Of a stretch of DNA of 64,000 bases, positions 9,899 through 19,045 are shown piece by piece; the first letter of the stretch is position 1; each line of letters opens with the position of its first letter. The notes under the pieces were generated by a model. That model searched no databases. It was given only the letters and a program-made list of their open reading frames with translations, and was not told the origin of the DNA. Location: contig JBDRBK010000115.1 in assembly GCA_043822705.1 (NCBI GenBank), forward strand, positions 59,800 through 123,799, in the 5' to 3' direction. The translations under genes and the position numbers were made by a program. Source of the DNA: Fidelibacterota bacterium. GTDB taxonomy: Bacteria > Fidelibacterota > Marinisomatia > Marinisomatales > TCS56.

Positions 9899-12800
9899 AT
9901 GTCCGATAAATTATTCACCTGCCCGATCGATCGACTGCTGAGCTGGATACTGGCCGAGGAGCGTCAGGGATCAATCTTTGGCATTGATAAGAACCTGTTT
10001 TTTATGCCTGCCGCCACCGATCCGTTCCGGATGCGGCGTTACGACCAGCTTCTGGAAACACCTGTCGGTGTGGCGGCGGGTCCCCACACCCAGCTTTCCC
10101 AGAATATTATATCCGCCTGGCTCACCGGCGCCCGCTACATCGAACTGAAAACCGTCCAGACATTGGATAAAATCGAGGTCGCCAAACCCTGCATCGATAT
10201 GCAGGACGAAGGCTACAACTGCGAATGGTCCCAGGAATTGAAACTGCGCCGGTCCTTCGACCAGTACCTGGATGCCTGGATTCTGATTCATGTTCTCCGC
10301 CGGCATTTCGGCTGGGAGTTCGGTATCGGTCCCGGTGTCATCTTCAACATGAGCGTGGGTTATGATCTGGCCGGTATTAAAAACGCCAATGTCCAGGAAT
10401 TCCTCGATTTAATGGAGAACTGCCAGCCATTGCTGGAAGCCAAACTGGAACAGATTGAAACAATCTATCCGGCCACTCATGACTTAGGAATAGCGTCCCG
10501 TCTGTCCGATAACGTGACCCTGTCCACCATGCATGGCTGTCCACCAGATGAGATCGAGCGAATCGCCCGCTATTTGATTGAAGAACGCCGCCTGCACACG
10601 GCGGTGAAACTGAATCCGACTCTGCTGGGACCCGACAATCTGCGGCAAATCCTCACCAGCAATCTGGGCTTCAGGAATATCACCGTTCCCGATCAGGCTT
10701 TCGAGCACGATCTGAAATATGATCAGGCTCTCACAATTATTCGCAATTTGCAAGCCAGCGCCGGAAAAGCGGGGGTGGAATTCGGACTGAAACTCACCAA
10801 CACACTGGAAGTACTGAATCAGAAGGAATTGTTTCCCGGTAGCGAGGAGCAGGCGTACCTGAGTGGTCGCGCGCTCCATCCCCTGAGTGTCAACTTGGCT
10901 GCTAAACTGCAGACTGAATTTGATGGCGCTTTGGATTTATCGTTTTGCGCCGGTGCCGACTGTTTTAATATCGCTGATCTCGTTGCCTGCGGACTGGCCC
11001 CGGTTACCACCTGCTCCGACCTGCTCAAGCCGGGAGGCTATGGCCGGTTGAAACAGTATATCGGCCAACTTGCGGATCGATTCTCCAAGCGGTCAGCGGT
11101 CAGCGTTGAAGATTTTATCAATATTACAGCCGGGCATCCCGGCTCAACCAGTCAGGCCGCGCTGAAGAATCTACAGGCTTACGCCAAAGTTGTGCTCACT
11201 AATGATAGCTACCAGCGGGAATCACCGTTCTACCCGTCGGTGAAAACCCTCAAGCCGCTTCCGGTATTCGATTGCATTTCCGCCCCCTGCACCGCGGCCT
11301 GCGCTACCGATCAGGGTATCCCGGAATACATGTACCACACCGCCAAAAGCGATTTCGATCGGGCTTATGCCACAATTTTAAAGACCAACCCGTTGCCAGG
11401 TATTACCGGTTATGTCTGCGATCACCTGTGCCAGACCAAATGCACCCGCATCAACTACGACCGGCCGCTGCTGATCCGGGAAATCAAACGTTTTGTCACC
11501 GAACACGGTCAGACCGGGAATACACCTATAAAGATCACCTCGAATGGCAAACAAGTAGCCGTTATCGGTGGAGGACCATCGGGATTGTCATGTGCCTATT
11601 TCCTGGCATTGCAGGGTTTTGCAGTGGAAATATTTGAAGCCAAGGCCAACCTGGGCGGCATGGTTTCCGGGGCGATTCCACGGTTTCGACTGGGCGATGA
11701 CAGCGTTCAAAATGATCTCAATCTAATCACCGGACTGGGCGTGCAAATCCATTACAGCCGTACTATTGATCAGGACGAATTCCAGCGCCTGCAGACCGAA
11801 TATGACTATGTCTATCTGGGTCTGGGGGCCCAGGCCAGCCGCAAACTGAATATCCCCGGTGAAGACCACAACCGGGTTTTGGATCCCCTGAAATTTTTGT
11901 CCGCCGTGAAGAATGGTATATCCCTGCCGATGGGGTCGGAAGTAATTATTATCGGCGGTGGTAACACCGCCATGGATGCCGCCCGCACCTCGTTACGATT
12001 GGTCGGTGAAGGGGGAACAGTGACCATCGTTTATCGGCGCACCATCGACCAGATGCCGGCGGACTGGGAAGAGGTGGCGGCCGCCCAAGCAGAGGGGATT
12101 GCCATCCACGAGTTGCTGGCGCCGGTTTTTATTGAAGAACAGGGCGGTAAGTTGGTACTGATCGTACGCCGCATACGACTGGGTGCCAAAGACAGCAGCG
12201 GACGTCCCCGGCCGGTGGATATTCCCGGCAGCGATTTCGCATTGGACTGTGATTACCTGATTCCCGCCGTGGGGCAGTCGGTGGCAGTGGATTTTCTGGA
12301 TGATGCCGATTTGCGGGTTGATCCGCGGACCAAGGCTACCAGCCGGCCAAAGGTATATGCCGGTGGTGACGCCGTCCGGGGGGCCTATACCATCATCGCC
12401 GCCGTGGGCGACGGCCAGCGCGCCGCTGCTGCAATTGGTGAACAGGTCACGGGGACTACGGTTAATTTTGATACGGGCCTGGCCGGAAAAGCGTCGGCGG
12501 AAGTACAAGCTCAGCGCTTTGCTACGCGCGATTATGGTTCGATAACCAGCGGATTTGAACCGCACCACGATCGTCCGGTCAAGACATTGCTGACGTCGGA
12601 ACAGGCCTGGACCGAGGCCGCCCGCTGTCTGTACTGTGACGAATTTTGCGATATCTGCGTTACCGTCTGCCCCAACCGCGCCAACCTGGCTTATCCGGTG
12701 GATAAGATCGCCATTGATATTCCGATTGTTACGCAATTAGGCGGCAAAACCGCAATCAAAGCAGGCAGCCGCTTGATAGTGGATCAGCCGACCCAGATCG

Positions 12801-13192
12801 CCAATATTGCCGATTTCTGTAACGAATGCGGCAACTGTACGACGTTTTGTCCCACCGCCGGTGCCCCCTGGCGGGACAAACCGCGCATCTGCCTGTCGGA
12901 GGCCGGTTTCGCCGACCTGGTCGAAGGTTATTACCTGCGGCTGGACCGGCTGGACTTCAAATCTCCCGCCGGCAGCACCAGTTTGCAAATCATAGACGAG
13001 CAACTGGTCTGGGAAACACCTCAATTGACGGTGACATTTGACAAAAAGACATTGGAATTGACCCGGGTGGACTGGAAAACAACACCCGACCAATCAATCT
13101 CACTGGAGCCGGCGCTGAGAATGGCGGTTATCTGGAAAGGGTTGCGTGAAATATCGATATCCGGTTTACCATTGATAAACCAGGAGCACTGA
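9899..13192 (+). CDS. ygfK: YgfK-family Fe-S flavoprotein oxidoreductase (putative selenate reductase subunit), long form
   Basis: GVAAGPHTQLSQNI, ELKTVQ, DEGYNCEWSQEL, STMHGCPPDEIE, KLNPTLLG, GLKLTNT; GltD-like GGGPSG and GGGNTAMD; CDICVTVCPNRAN and CNECGNCTTFCP ferredoxin motifs. Confidence 0.93.
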   Translation: MSDKLFTCPIDRLLSWILAEERQGSIFGIDKNLFFMPAATDPFRMRRYDQLLETPVGVAAGPHTQLSQNIISAWLTGARYIELKTVQTLDKIEVAKPCIDMQDEGYNCEWSQELKLRRSFDQYLDAWILIHVLRRHFGWEFGIGPGVIFNMSVGYDLAGIKNANVQEFLDLMENCQPLLEAKLEQIETIYPATHDLGIASRLSDNVTLSTMHGCPPDEIERIARYLIEERRLHTAVKLNPTLLGPDNLRQILTSNLGFRNITVPDQAFEHDLKYDQALTIIRNLQASAGKAGVEFGLKLTNTLEVLNQKELFPGSEEQAYLSGRALHPLSVNLAAKLQTEFDGALDLSFCAGADCFNIADLVACGLAPVTTCSDLLKPGGYGRLKQYIGQLADRFSKRSAVSVEDFINITAGHPGSTSQAALKNLQAYAKVVLTNDSYQRESPFYPSVKTLKPLPVFDCISAPCTAACATDQGIPEYMYHTAKSDFDRAYATILKTNPLPGITGYVCDHLCQTKCTRINYDRPLLIREIKRFVTEHGQTGNTPIKITSNGKQVAVIGGGPSGLSCAYFLALQGFAVEIFEAKANLGGMVSGAIPRFRLGDDSVQNDLNLITGLGVQIHYSRTIDQDEFQRLQTEYDYVYLGLGAQASRKLNIPGEDHNRVLDPLKFLSAVKNGISLPMGSEVIIIGGGNTAMDAARTSLRLVGEGGTVTIVYRRTIDQMPADWEEVAAAQAEGIAIHELLAPVFIEEQGGKLVLIVRRIRLGAKDSSGRPRPVDIPGSDFALDCDYLIPAVGQSVAVDFLDDADLRVDPRTKATSRPKVYAGGDAVRGAYTIIAAVGDGQRAAAAIGEQVTGTTVNFDTGLAGKASAEVQAQRFATRDYGSITSGFEPHHDRPVKTLLTSEQAWTEAARCLYCDEFCDICVTVCPNRANLAYPVDKIAIDIPIVTQLGGKTAIKAGSRLIVDQPTQIANIADFCNECGNCTTFCPTAGAPWRDKPRICLSEAGFADLVEGYYLRLDRLDFKSPAGSTSLQIIDEQLVWETPQLTVTFDKKTLELTRVDWKTTPDQSISLEPALRMAVIWKGLREISISGLPLINQEH

Positions 13193-13277
13193 GTGCCGCG
13201 AGGATTATCGTATGCATCCTTATCGCTGCAGTATCCGCTGTGCCGCCGTGGTAAAAATAGCTTAAATTAAACGAATT

Positions 13278-14684
13278 ATGTCGCGAATATTAATCAAGAA
13301 CCCGCTCCTGGTCGCCACTATGGATGACCGCCGCCGGGAATTTCACGGCGGCCATATACTAGCCGAGAACGGCATTATCACAGCGCTGGGACCGGAACCT
13401 GCGGACCTGTCCGCCGATGAAGTCATCGATGCCGTCGGGATGGTAGTTCTTCCGGGACTGGTTAACACACATCATCATTTTTACCAAACCCTGACCCGCA
13501 ATATCCCGCTGATGCAGAACCAGCCCCTGTTCGGCTGGCTCACCAACCATTACCAGGTCTGGCGCGAACTCACCGCCGAGGCGGTGAGCATCAGCACTAA
13601 AACGGCCCTGCTGGAATTGATGAAATCCGGTTGCAGCACCAGTTCCGACCACCTGTACCTGTTCCCGGCCCGGGAGACCGGTAAGTTGATCGATGCCCAG
13701 ATTGCCGCCGCCCGTGAAATCGGTACCCGTTTTCACGCCACCCGCGGTTCGATGTCGCTGGGAAAATCGCAAGGTGGTTTGCCACCGGATGACACGGTTC
13801 AGACCGAGGCGGAAATCCAGGCCGACACCGAACGGTTGCTGAAAACCTATCATGACGACGGGGAAGGAGCCATGATCCGCCTGGCCCTGGCGCCCTGCTC
13901 GCCGTTTTCAGTCACCCCGGAATTGATGCGTGCGGCTGCTGAATTCGCCCGTGCTAACAATTTGCAGATTCACACCCACCTGGCGGAAACCCTGGATGAG
14001 GAAAAATTCTGTCTCGAAACGTACGGAAAACGTCCCGCCGATTACGTGGATTCCCTGGGCTGGATCACCGATTTTGCCTGGTTTGCCCATTCAATATTCC
14101 TGAATGATGATGAAATCAAGCGGCTGGGCGCCACCGGTGCCGGCGTCAGTCACTGCCCTTCATCCAACATGCGGCTGGGCTCGGGCATCGCCCGTGTCCG
14201 GGAAATGCTGGATGCCGGCGTCAAGGTATCACTGGGGGTGGACGGTTCCGCCTCCAATGACGGCAGCAACCTGCTGGCTGAAGCGCGGCAGGCGCTGTTG
14301 ATTTCCCGCTTGCGTGAAGAGCAATACTGGCTCACCGCCCGCGATGTGCTGGCAATCGCCACCCGCGGCGGCGCCGCTGCTTTGGGTCGCAGTGATATCG
14401 GCGAGCTGGCGGTGGGCAAACGGGCCGACCTGGCCCTGTTTTCCGTGACCGGACTCGAGTATGCCGGCGCCCTGTCCGATCCCCTGGCGGCGCTGGTATT
14501 TACCGTGCGGCAGTCGCCGGTGGACTACCTGCTGGTCGAGGGCGTGATCCGGATTCGGAACGGGCGCAGTCAGGTCGACGAACGCCAACTGGCGCAAACC
14601 CATAACCGGCTGGCGGCCCGGATGCTGGAACAGGCCGGCGCCAGGACCGGTATCGATTTTCGGCAGCAGGAAGGTGATAGATAA
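13278..14684 (+). CDS. 8-oxoguanine deaminase-like amidohydrolase
   Basis: NTHHHFYQTLTR, SDHLYLFP, RFHATRGSMS, APCSPFSVT, HTHLAET, HCPSSNMRLGSG, GVDGSASND. Confidence 0.9.
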   Translation: MSRILIKNPLLVATMDDRRREFHGGHILAENGIITALGPEPADLSADEVIDAVGMVVLPGLVNTHHHFYQTLTRNIPLMQNQPLFGWLTNHYQVWRELTAEAVSISTKTALLELMKSGCSTSSDHLYLFPARETGKLIDAQIAAAREIGTRFHATRGSMSLGKSQGGLPPDDTVQTEAEIQADTERLLKTYHDDGEGAMIRLALAPCSPFSVTPELMRAAAEFARANNLQIHTHLAETLDEEKFCLETYGKRPADYVDSLGWITDFAWFAHSIFLNDDEIKRLGATGAGVSHCPSSNMRLGSGIARVREMLDAGVKVSLGVDGSASNDGSNLLAEARQALLISRLREEQYWLTARDVLAIATRGGAAALGRSDIGELAVGKRADLALFSVTGLEYAGALSDPLAALVFTVRQSPVDYLLVEGVIRIRNGRSQVDERQLAQTHNRLAARMLEQAGARTGIDFRQQEGDR

Positions 14685-14687
14685 CCT

Positions 14688-15410
14688 ATGTGGTCTTCGC
14701 TGAAAACCATTCACGTTCCGATTTCACTGGCTGCGGCCGCTGAGCTGGCGGTAAAACGCGGTCATGCCGTATTCGCCGGTGGCAGTTACCTGGCCGCGGA
14801 GCGCGATCCGGCCGTCACCACGCTGGTGGACATCAATCATCTGATCACGAGAAAAATCAAGGTCACCAAAGGACAAATCCGCTGTGGCGCCGGTGTCAGT
14901 TTACAGCAGTTGATCGACCAGCTGGAGACCGCAGACGACTTAAAACTGGCGACCGCCGCCCGCTGGTCCTGCGCCTCGAAAAATATCCGCAACCAACGCA
15001 CCATCGGCGGTGAAATCAGTCGCAGCCGGACCGATTCCGAGCTGGTGGTTCTGCTGCAGGCGTTGGCAGTCCGACTTGACCGGGCCGGTGACCGGATTAT
15101 TACCGAGTTAATCATTGAACATAACGATGTCGGCGCCGTTGCTCTTGAGCGTTTCGCGCTGTTGCCGTCGGCGCCGGCCTTTGTCATTGTCGCTGCCGTA
15201 CGGCGGAAGCATAATTATGATATTGCCGTTGGCGGCAGCGCAACCACGATCACTACTGCCGCAGTGGTGAAATCGGATTTCACCGACGACTGGATCGACA
15301 GCTTCGCCAGGGCGGTGGCCGGAAAATTCCGGGCCGATGAGGTCGGTTCCCGGAAATATAAACAATCCGTGGTCGCCACCGGCCTGCGGCGGGCGCGAGG
15401 GGTCTTATGA
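14688..15410 (+). CDS. YgfM-like FAD-binding subunit of a molybdenum hydroxylase (short, divergent)
   Basis: FAGGSYL, GAGVSLQQL, NIRNQRTIGG, DEVGSRKYK; precedes Fe-S and Mo subunits. Confidence 0.75.
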   Translation: MWSSLKTIHVPISLAAAAELAVKRGHAVFAGGSYLAAERDPAVTTLVDINHLITRKIKVTKGQIRCGAGVSLQQLIDQLETADDLKLATAARWSCASKNIRNQRTIGGEISRSRTDSELVVLLQALAVRLDRAGDRIITELIIEHNDVGAVALERFALLPSAPAFVIVAAVRRKHNYDIAVGGSATTITTAAVVKSDFTDDWIDSFARAVAGKFRADEVGSRKYKQSVVATGLRRARGVL

Positions 15411-15844
15411 CCATCGAATTTATCTTGAATGACCGGCGCGTTGCAGTTGAAGCGGAGCCGGGCGCCAACCTGTTGGAAATGCTGCGGGAGCGGGGTTTGT
15501 TCAGCGTCAAGCATGGCTGCGATCACGGCGAATGCGGCGCTTGCACCGTGCTGCTGGACGAACGGGCCGTTAATGCCTGCCTGGTGCTGGCTTTTTCAGT
15601 GGCCGGGAAGAGGGTGGAGACGGTGGAGAAATTCAGCAGTCACGACCACTTGCACCCGCTGCAGGAAAAATTCATCGCCAGCGGGGCGATCCAGTGCGGT
15701 TTCTGCACGCCGGGGATGATCCTGGCGCTGGAAGCGCTACGGCGGGAGAAAGCGAATCCCACCGAAAGCGACGTCCGCGATGCCCTGGCCGGCAATCTCT
15801 GCCGTTGTACCGGCTACGTTAAACCGGTGGAGGCGGCCCAATGA
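15407..15844 (+). CDS. (2Fe-2S)-binding subunit of a molybdenum hydroxylase
   Basis: GCDHGECGACTV, NACL, QCGFCTPG, GNLCRCTGY. Confidence 0.93.
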   Translation: MTIEFILNDRRVAVEAEPGANLLEMLRERGLFSVKHGCDHGECGACTVLLDERAVNACLVLAFSVAGKRVETVEKFSSHDHLHPLQEKFIASGAIQCGFCTPGMILALEALRREKANPTESDVRDALAGNLCRCTGYVKPVEAAQ

Positions 15845-18126
15845 AGGTGATCGGCCAACAGACCGCCCGCATCGACGGCCGTGCCCTGGCTACCGGTCAG
15901 CCGGTATTCGCCGACGATATTGAATTAAAAAACGTGCTGCACTGTAAGGTGTTGCACAGCACCGTGGCGCATGCCCGGATCAAAAAAATTGATGCCGGCC
16001 GCGCCCTGCGGCGGCTCGGGGTGGTGGCGGTCTATACGCATGCCGATTTTCCGCGGCATTATTACACCACCGCCGGTCAGGGGTATCCCGAACCGGGTCC
16101 CCGGGATTACCGCATCCTGGACGACACCGTCCGCTACGTGGGTGACCGGGTGGCGTTGGTGGTGGCCGAATCGCTGGCCGCTGCCGAAGCTGCCTTGACG
16201 GCAATTGCCGTGGAATATGAAGAATTACCGGCGGCATTCGACCCGCGCGAAGCGCTGAACGGTAAGGTGGTAATCCATCCCGAGGCAGGCAAGACCGGCA
16301 TTCACGAAGTCGGCCGCAACGTTGCCGCCCACATCAGCGCCGAAGTTGGCGATGTGGAGGCGGCATTCAAGTCGGCACCCCACGTATTTGCCGGGGAATA
16401 CAGTACGCCCTTCGTCCAGCAGGCCCATATCGAACCGCATATCTGCCTGAGCTGGCGCGACGAGCACAACCGGATCGTGATTCGGACCGCCACCCAGGTA
16501 CCCTTTCATGTGCGGCGGATCGTGGCCGAGGTTCTGAATATACCCGTGGGACAGGTGCGGGTGATCAAGCCCCGGATCGGCGGCGGCTTCGGCGGCAAAC
16601 AGGAAATATTGAACGAGGAACTGGTGGCGGCGGTGACGCTGAAAACCGGTCGTCCGGCCCGGCTGGAATACACCCGGGAAGAGGAATTTTACGCCGCCCG
16701 CTGCCGGCACCCGCAGATCACCAATTTCCGGATCGCCGTGGATGACGACCACTGCATCCAGGCCATCGACCTGAAAATACTGGAAAACACCGGCGCCTAT
16801 GGCGCCCATTCACTGACGGTGATGTCGGTGACGGCCCAGAAGACGCTGTCGCTGTATCGGGCACCCAATCTGCGGGTCCACGGCGATGCGGTCTACACCA
16901 ACCTGCCGATCGCCGGGGCCTACCGTGGCTATGGCGCGCCCCAGGGTTTTTTCGGCCTGGAATCGCTGCTGGATGAGATTGCCGATCAATTGGGCATCGA
17001 TCCGGTGGAATTTCGCCATAAGAATTATGTGCGGGTGGGCGACGACCTGCCGATTGCCGCCATTCTGGGCGAAGGCCGGGAGGGTTACCCGGCCCAGGTG
17101 CGCTCATCGGGATTGCGGGAGTGCCTGGAGGAAGGCAAAAAACTGATCGGCTGGGACAAACTGCGCAACGCCGCCAGGAGCGGTGCGATCCGGCGCGGCG
17201 TCGGCGTGGCGGCGGTGGGGCAGGGCAGCGGGATTCCCGGGATCGACATGGGTTCGGCCTTTATTAAAATGAACGAGGACGCCAGTTTCAACCTGCTGGT
17301 GGGCGCCACCGACCTGGGGACCGGCTCCGACACGGTGCTGGCCCAGATCGCCGCCGAGGAACTGGGCGTAGCGGTGAATAAAATCATTGTCTACTCGTCG
17401 GACACCGACCACACCCCCTTCGATACCGGCGCCTATGCTTCCAGCACGACTTACATCTCCGGGGCGGCCGTCAAAAAAGCGGCGGCGGCGGTGAAACGGC
17501 AGATTCTGGAACTGGGTAAAAAGTTATTGTCCGTGGATCAGGCGGAAATCCGGGACGGGCAGGTAGTGGCCCCGGGTGGCGAGAGCATATCCTTTGGAGA
17601 AATCTGCACCAAAACCTTTTATACTGATGAGCAGACCCAGATCATGGCCACCGCCAGCCACTTGAGTTTCGATTCGCCCTCGCCCTACAACGCCACATTT
17701 GCCGATGTGAGCGTCGATACCGAAACCGGGCTGGTAACCGTGAACAAGGTGGTATCGGTGACTGACATCGGCCAGGTGATCAACCCGCAGATGGCGGAGG
17801 GGCAGACCGAAGGGGGCATCCCCCAGGCGTTGGGGATGGCGTTGACCGAATTCATGGTTTTCGACGATAAAGGCCGGCCGCGGAATACCGACTTCAACCG
17901 TTACCATATTTACACAGCCATCGATATGCCTGAGATCGTGGCCCGATTCATCCCTACCCACGAGCCCACCGGACCCTACGGCGCCAAGGCGGCGGCGGAG
18001 ATACCGATCAATGGTCCCGCCCCGGCGGTGCTGAATGCGATTTACAATGCCTGCGGGGTGCGGATTCGGGAGCTGCCGGTCACGCCGGAGAAGGTGCTGG
18101 CGGGATTAGTGAGGAGTAATAAGTAA
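15841..18126 (+). CDS. xdhD: XdhD-like molybdopterin-binding subunit
   Basis: YTTAGQGYPEP, QQAHIEPH, RIGGGFGGKQ, GAYRGYGAPQG, GATDLGTGSDT, FDTGAYASSTTY, GAKAAAEI. Confidence 0.88.
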   Translation: MKVIGQQTARIDGRALATGQPVFADDIELKNVLHCKVLHSTVAHARIKKIDAGRALRRLGVVAVYTHADFPRHYYTTAGQGYPEPGPRDYRILDDTVRYVGDRVALVVAESLAAAEAALTAIAVEYEELPAAFDPREALNGKVVIHPEAGKTGIHEVGRNVAAHISAEVGDVEAAFKSAPHVFAGEYSTPFVQQAHIEPHICLSWRDEHNRIVIRTATQVPFHVRRIVAEVLNIPVGQVRVIKPRIGGGFGGKQEILNEELVAAVTLKTGRPARLEYTREEEFYAARCRHPQITNFRIAVDDDHCIQAIDLKILENTGAYGAHSLTVMSVTAQKTLSLYRAPNLRVHGDAVYTNLPIAGAYRGYGAPQGFFGLESLLDEIADQLGIDPVEFRHKNYVRVGDDLPIAAILGEGREGYPAQVRSSGLRECLEEGKKLIGWDKLRNAARSGAIRRGVGVAAVGQGSGIPGIDMGSAFIKMNEDASFNLLVGATDLGTGSDTVLAQIAAEELGVAVNKIIVYSSDTDHTPFDTGAYASSTTYISGAAVKKAAAAVKRQILELGKKLLSVDQAEIRDGQVVAPGGESISFGEICTKTFYTDEQTQIMATASHLSFDSPSPYNATFADVSVDTETGLVTVNKVVSVTDIGQVINPQMAEGQTEGGIPQALGMALTEFMVFDDKGRPRNTDFNRYHIYTAIDMPEIVARFIPTHEPTGPYGAKAAAEIPINGPAPAVLNAIYNACGVRIRELPVTPEKVLAGLVRSNK

Positions 18127-18371
18127 TAGGTAATTAGTGAGCCTGCCTGCGCCAAGGCTTCGGCAGGTGAGAGCAGCTTAGCTGCTAAGTGAGAATGTCA
18201 GCCTGTGGCGGACTGGAGAGAATGCTTCGCTTAGTGAGGAACAACAAACTTGCTGTCATACTGAGCCTGCCTGTCAGGCGTAACGCAGTATAGACTGATC
18301 GAAGTATGATTCAATAAAACACCCTTCCCCGCCTGCGTACCTCCGGCGGGCAGGGACCAGCTCAGGGTGAC
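18127..18371. repeat. Cluster of short palindromic (REP-like) elements, including a GTCA..CTGAGC / GCTCAG..TGAC hairpin element with nested inserts
   Basis: CCTGC...GCAGG at ~18145-18167; GCAGCTTAGCTGC; element 18255-18371 with inverted ends GTCATACTGAGC / GCTCAGGGTGAC. Confidence 0.7.
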
Positions 18372-18397
18372 ATTGTCTTAATGTATCTGGTTCGTCC

Positions 18398-18469
18398 AAT
18401 ACCTGCGGGGTGCGCATCCGCGAGCTGCCGGTGACACCGGAGAAGGTGCTGAATGTCTTAATAAAATGA
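18398..18469 (+). pseudogene. Diverged duplicate of the xdhD 3' end (NTCGVRIRELPVTPEKVLNVLIK*)
   Basis: 48/54 nt identical to 18046-18099; five of the six differences are synonymous; ends in its own stop TGA at 18467-18469. Confidence 0.9.
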
Positions 18470-18503
18470 AAAATACATTCATTTACTAAGGGGATATTTT
18501 ATT

Positions 18504-19031
18504 ATGAAATTAAGAATGACAGAGGATGAGTATTTTAGTGATTTAACTTGGATCGGTCTTATAGGAGCCATTGCTGGTGCAGTTGGTGGGGCCTACCTTT
18601 CTGGTAAAACACCATTAGAAGAAGAAATTGTTACAAATTATAATATTGAGCAGAAGGAATTGGAGAGAAAACAGAGGCTGCTTGAGCCAATATTAGAATT
18701 GGAAAAACTAAAATCACATTCAAATGCTTTCAAGATTTATGTTGAATCAGTTGAACTATTTCTAAATGGATATTATCGAGCTTCATGCATATTCGCGGCT
18801 GCATTATTAGAACATATCCTGAAAAATAAATTTGGTCACGAAAAAGGATTTTCTGATTTAATTAACATTGCATACAATACGAGCCTACTATCAAAAAGTG
18901 ATAGACATTTTCTAGATGGAATTAGAGAAGAAAGGAATTCATTAATTCACGATTTCTCTTATAATATAAATGAGGATGAGGCAAAGACACTATTGTACCT
19001 GTCAGTAGCATTGATTAATAGATTATTATAG
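18504..19031 (+). CDS. Hypothetical protein: N-terminal Gly-rich TM helix, coiled coil, C-terminal HEPN (DUF4145-like) domain
   Basis: WIGLIGAIAGAVGGAYLSG; GYYRASCIFAAALLEHILK helix; Rx4H motif RNSLIH; AT-rich. Confidence 0.7.
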   Translation: MKLRMTEDEYFSDLTWIGLIGAIAGAVGGAYLSGKTPLEEEIVTNYNIEQKELERKQRLLEPILELEKLKSHSNAFKIYVESVELFLNGYYRASCIFAAALLEHILKNKFGHEKGFSDLINIAYNTSLLSKSDRHFLDGIREERNSLIHDFSYNINEDEAKTLLYLSVALINRLL

Positions 19032-19045
19032 CTGTTAACTATATA

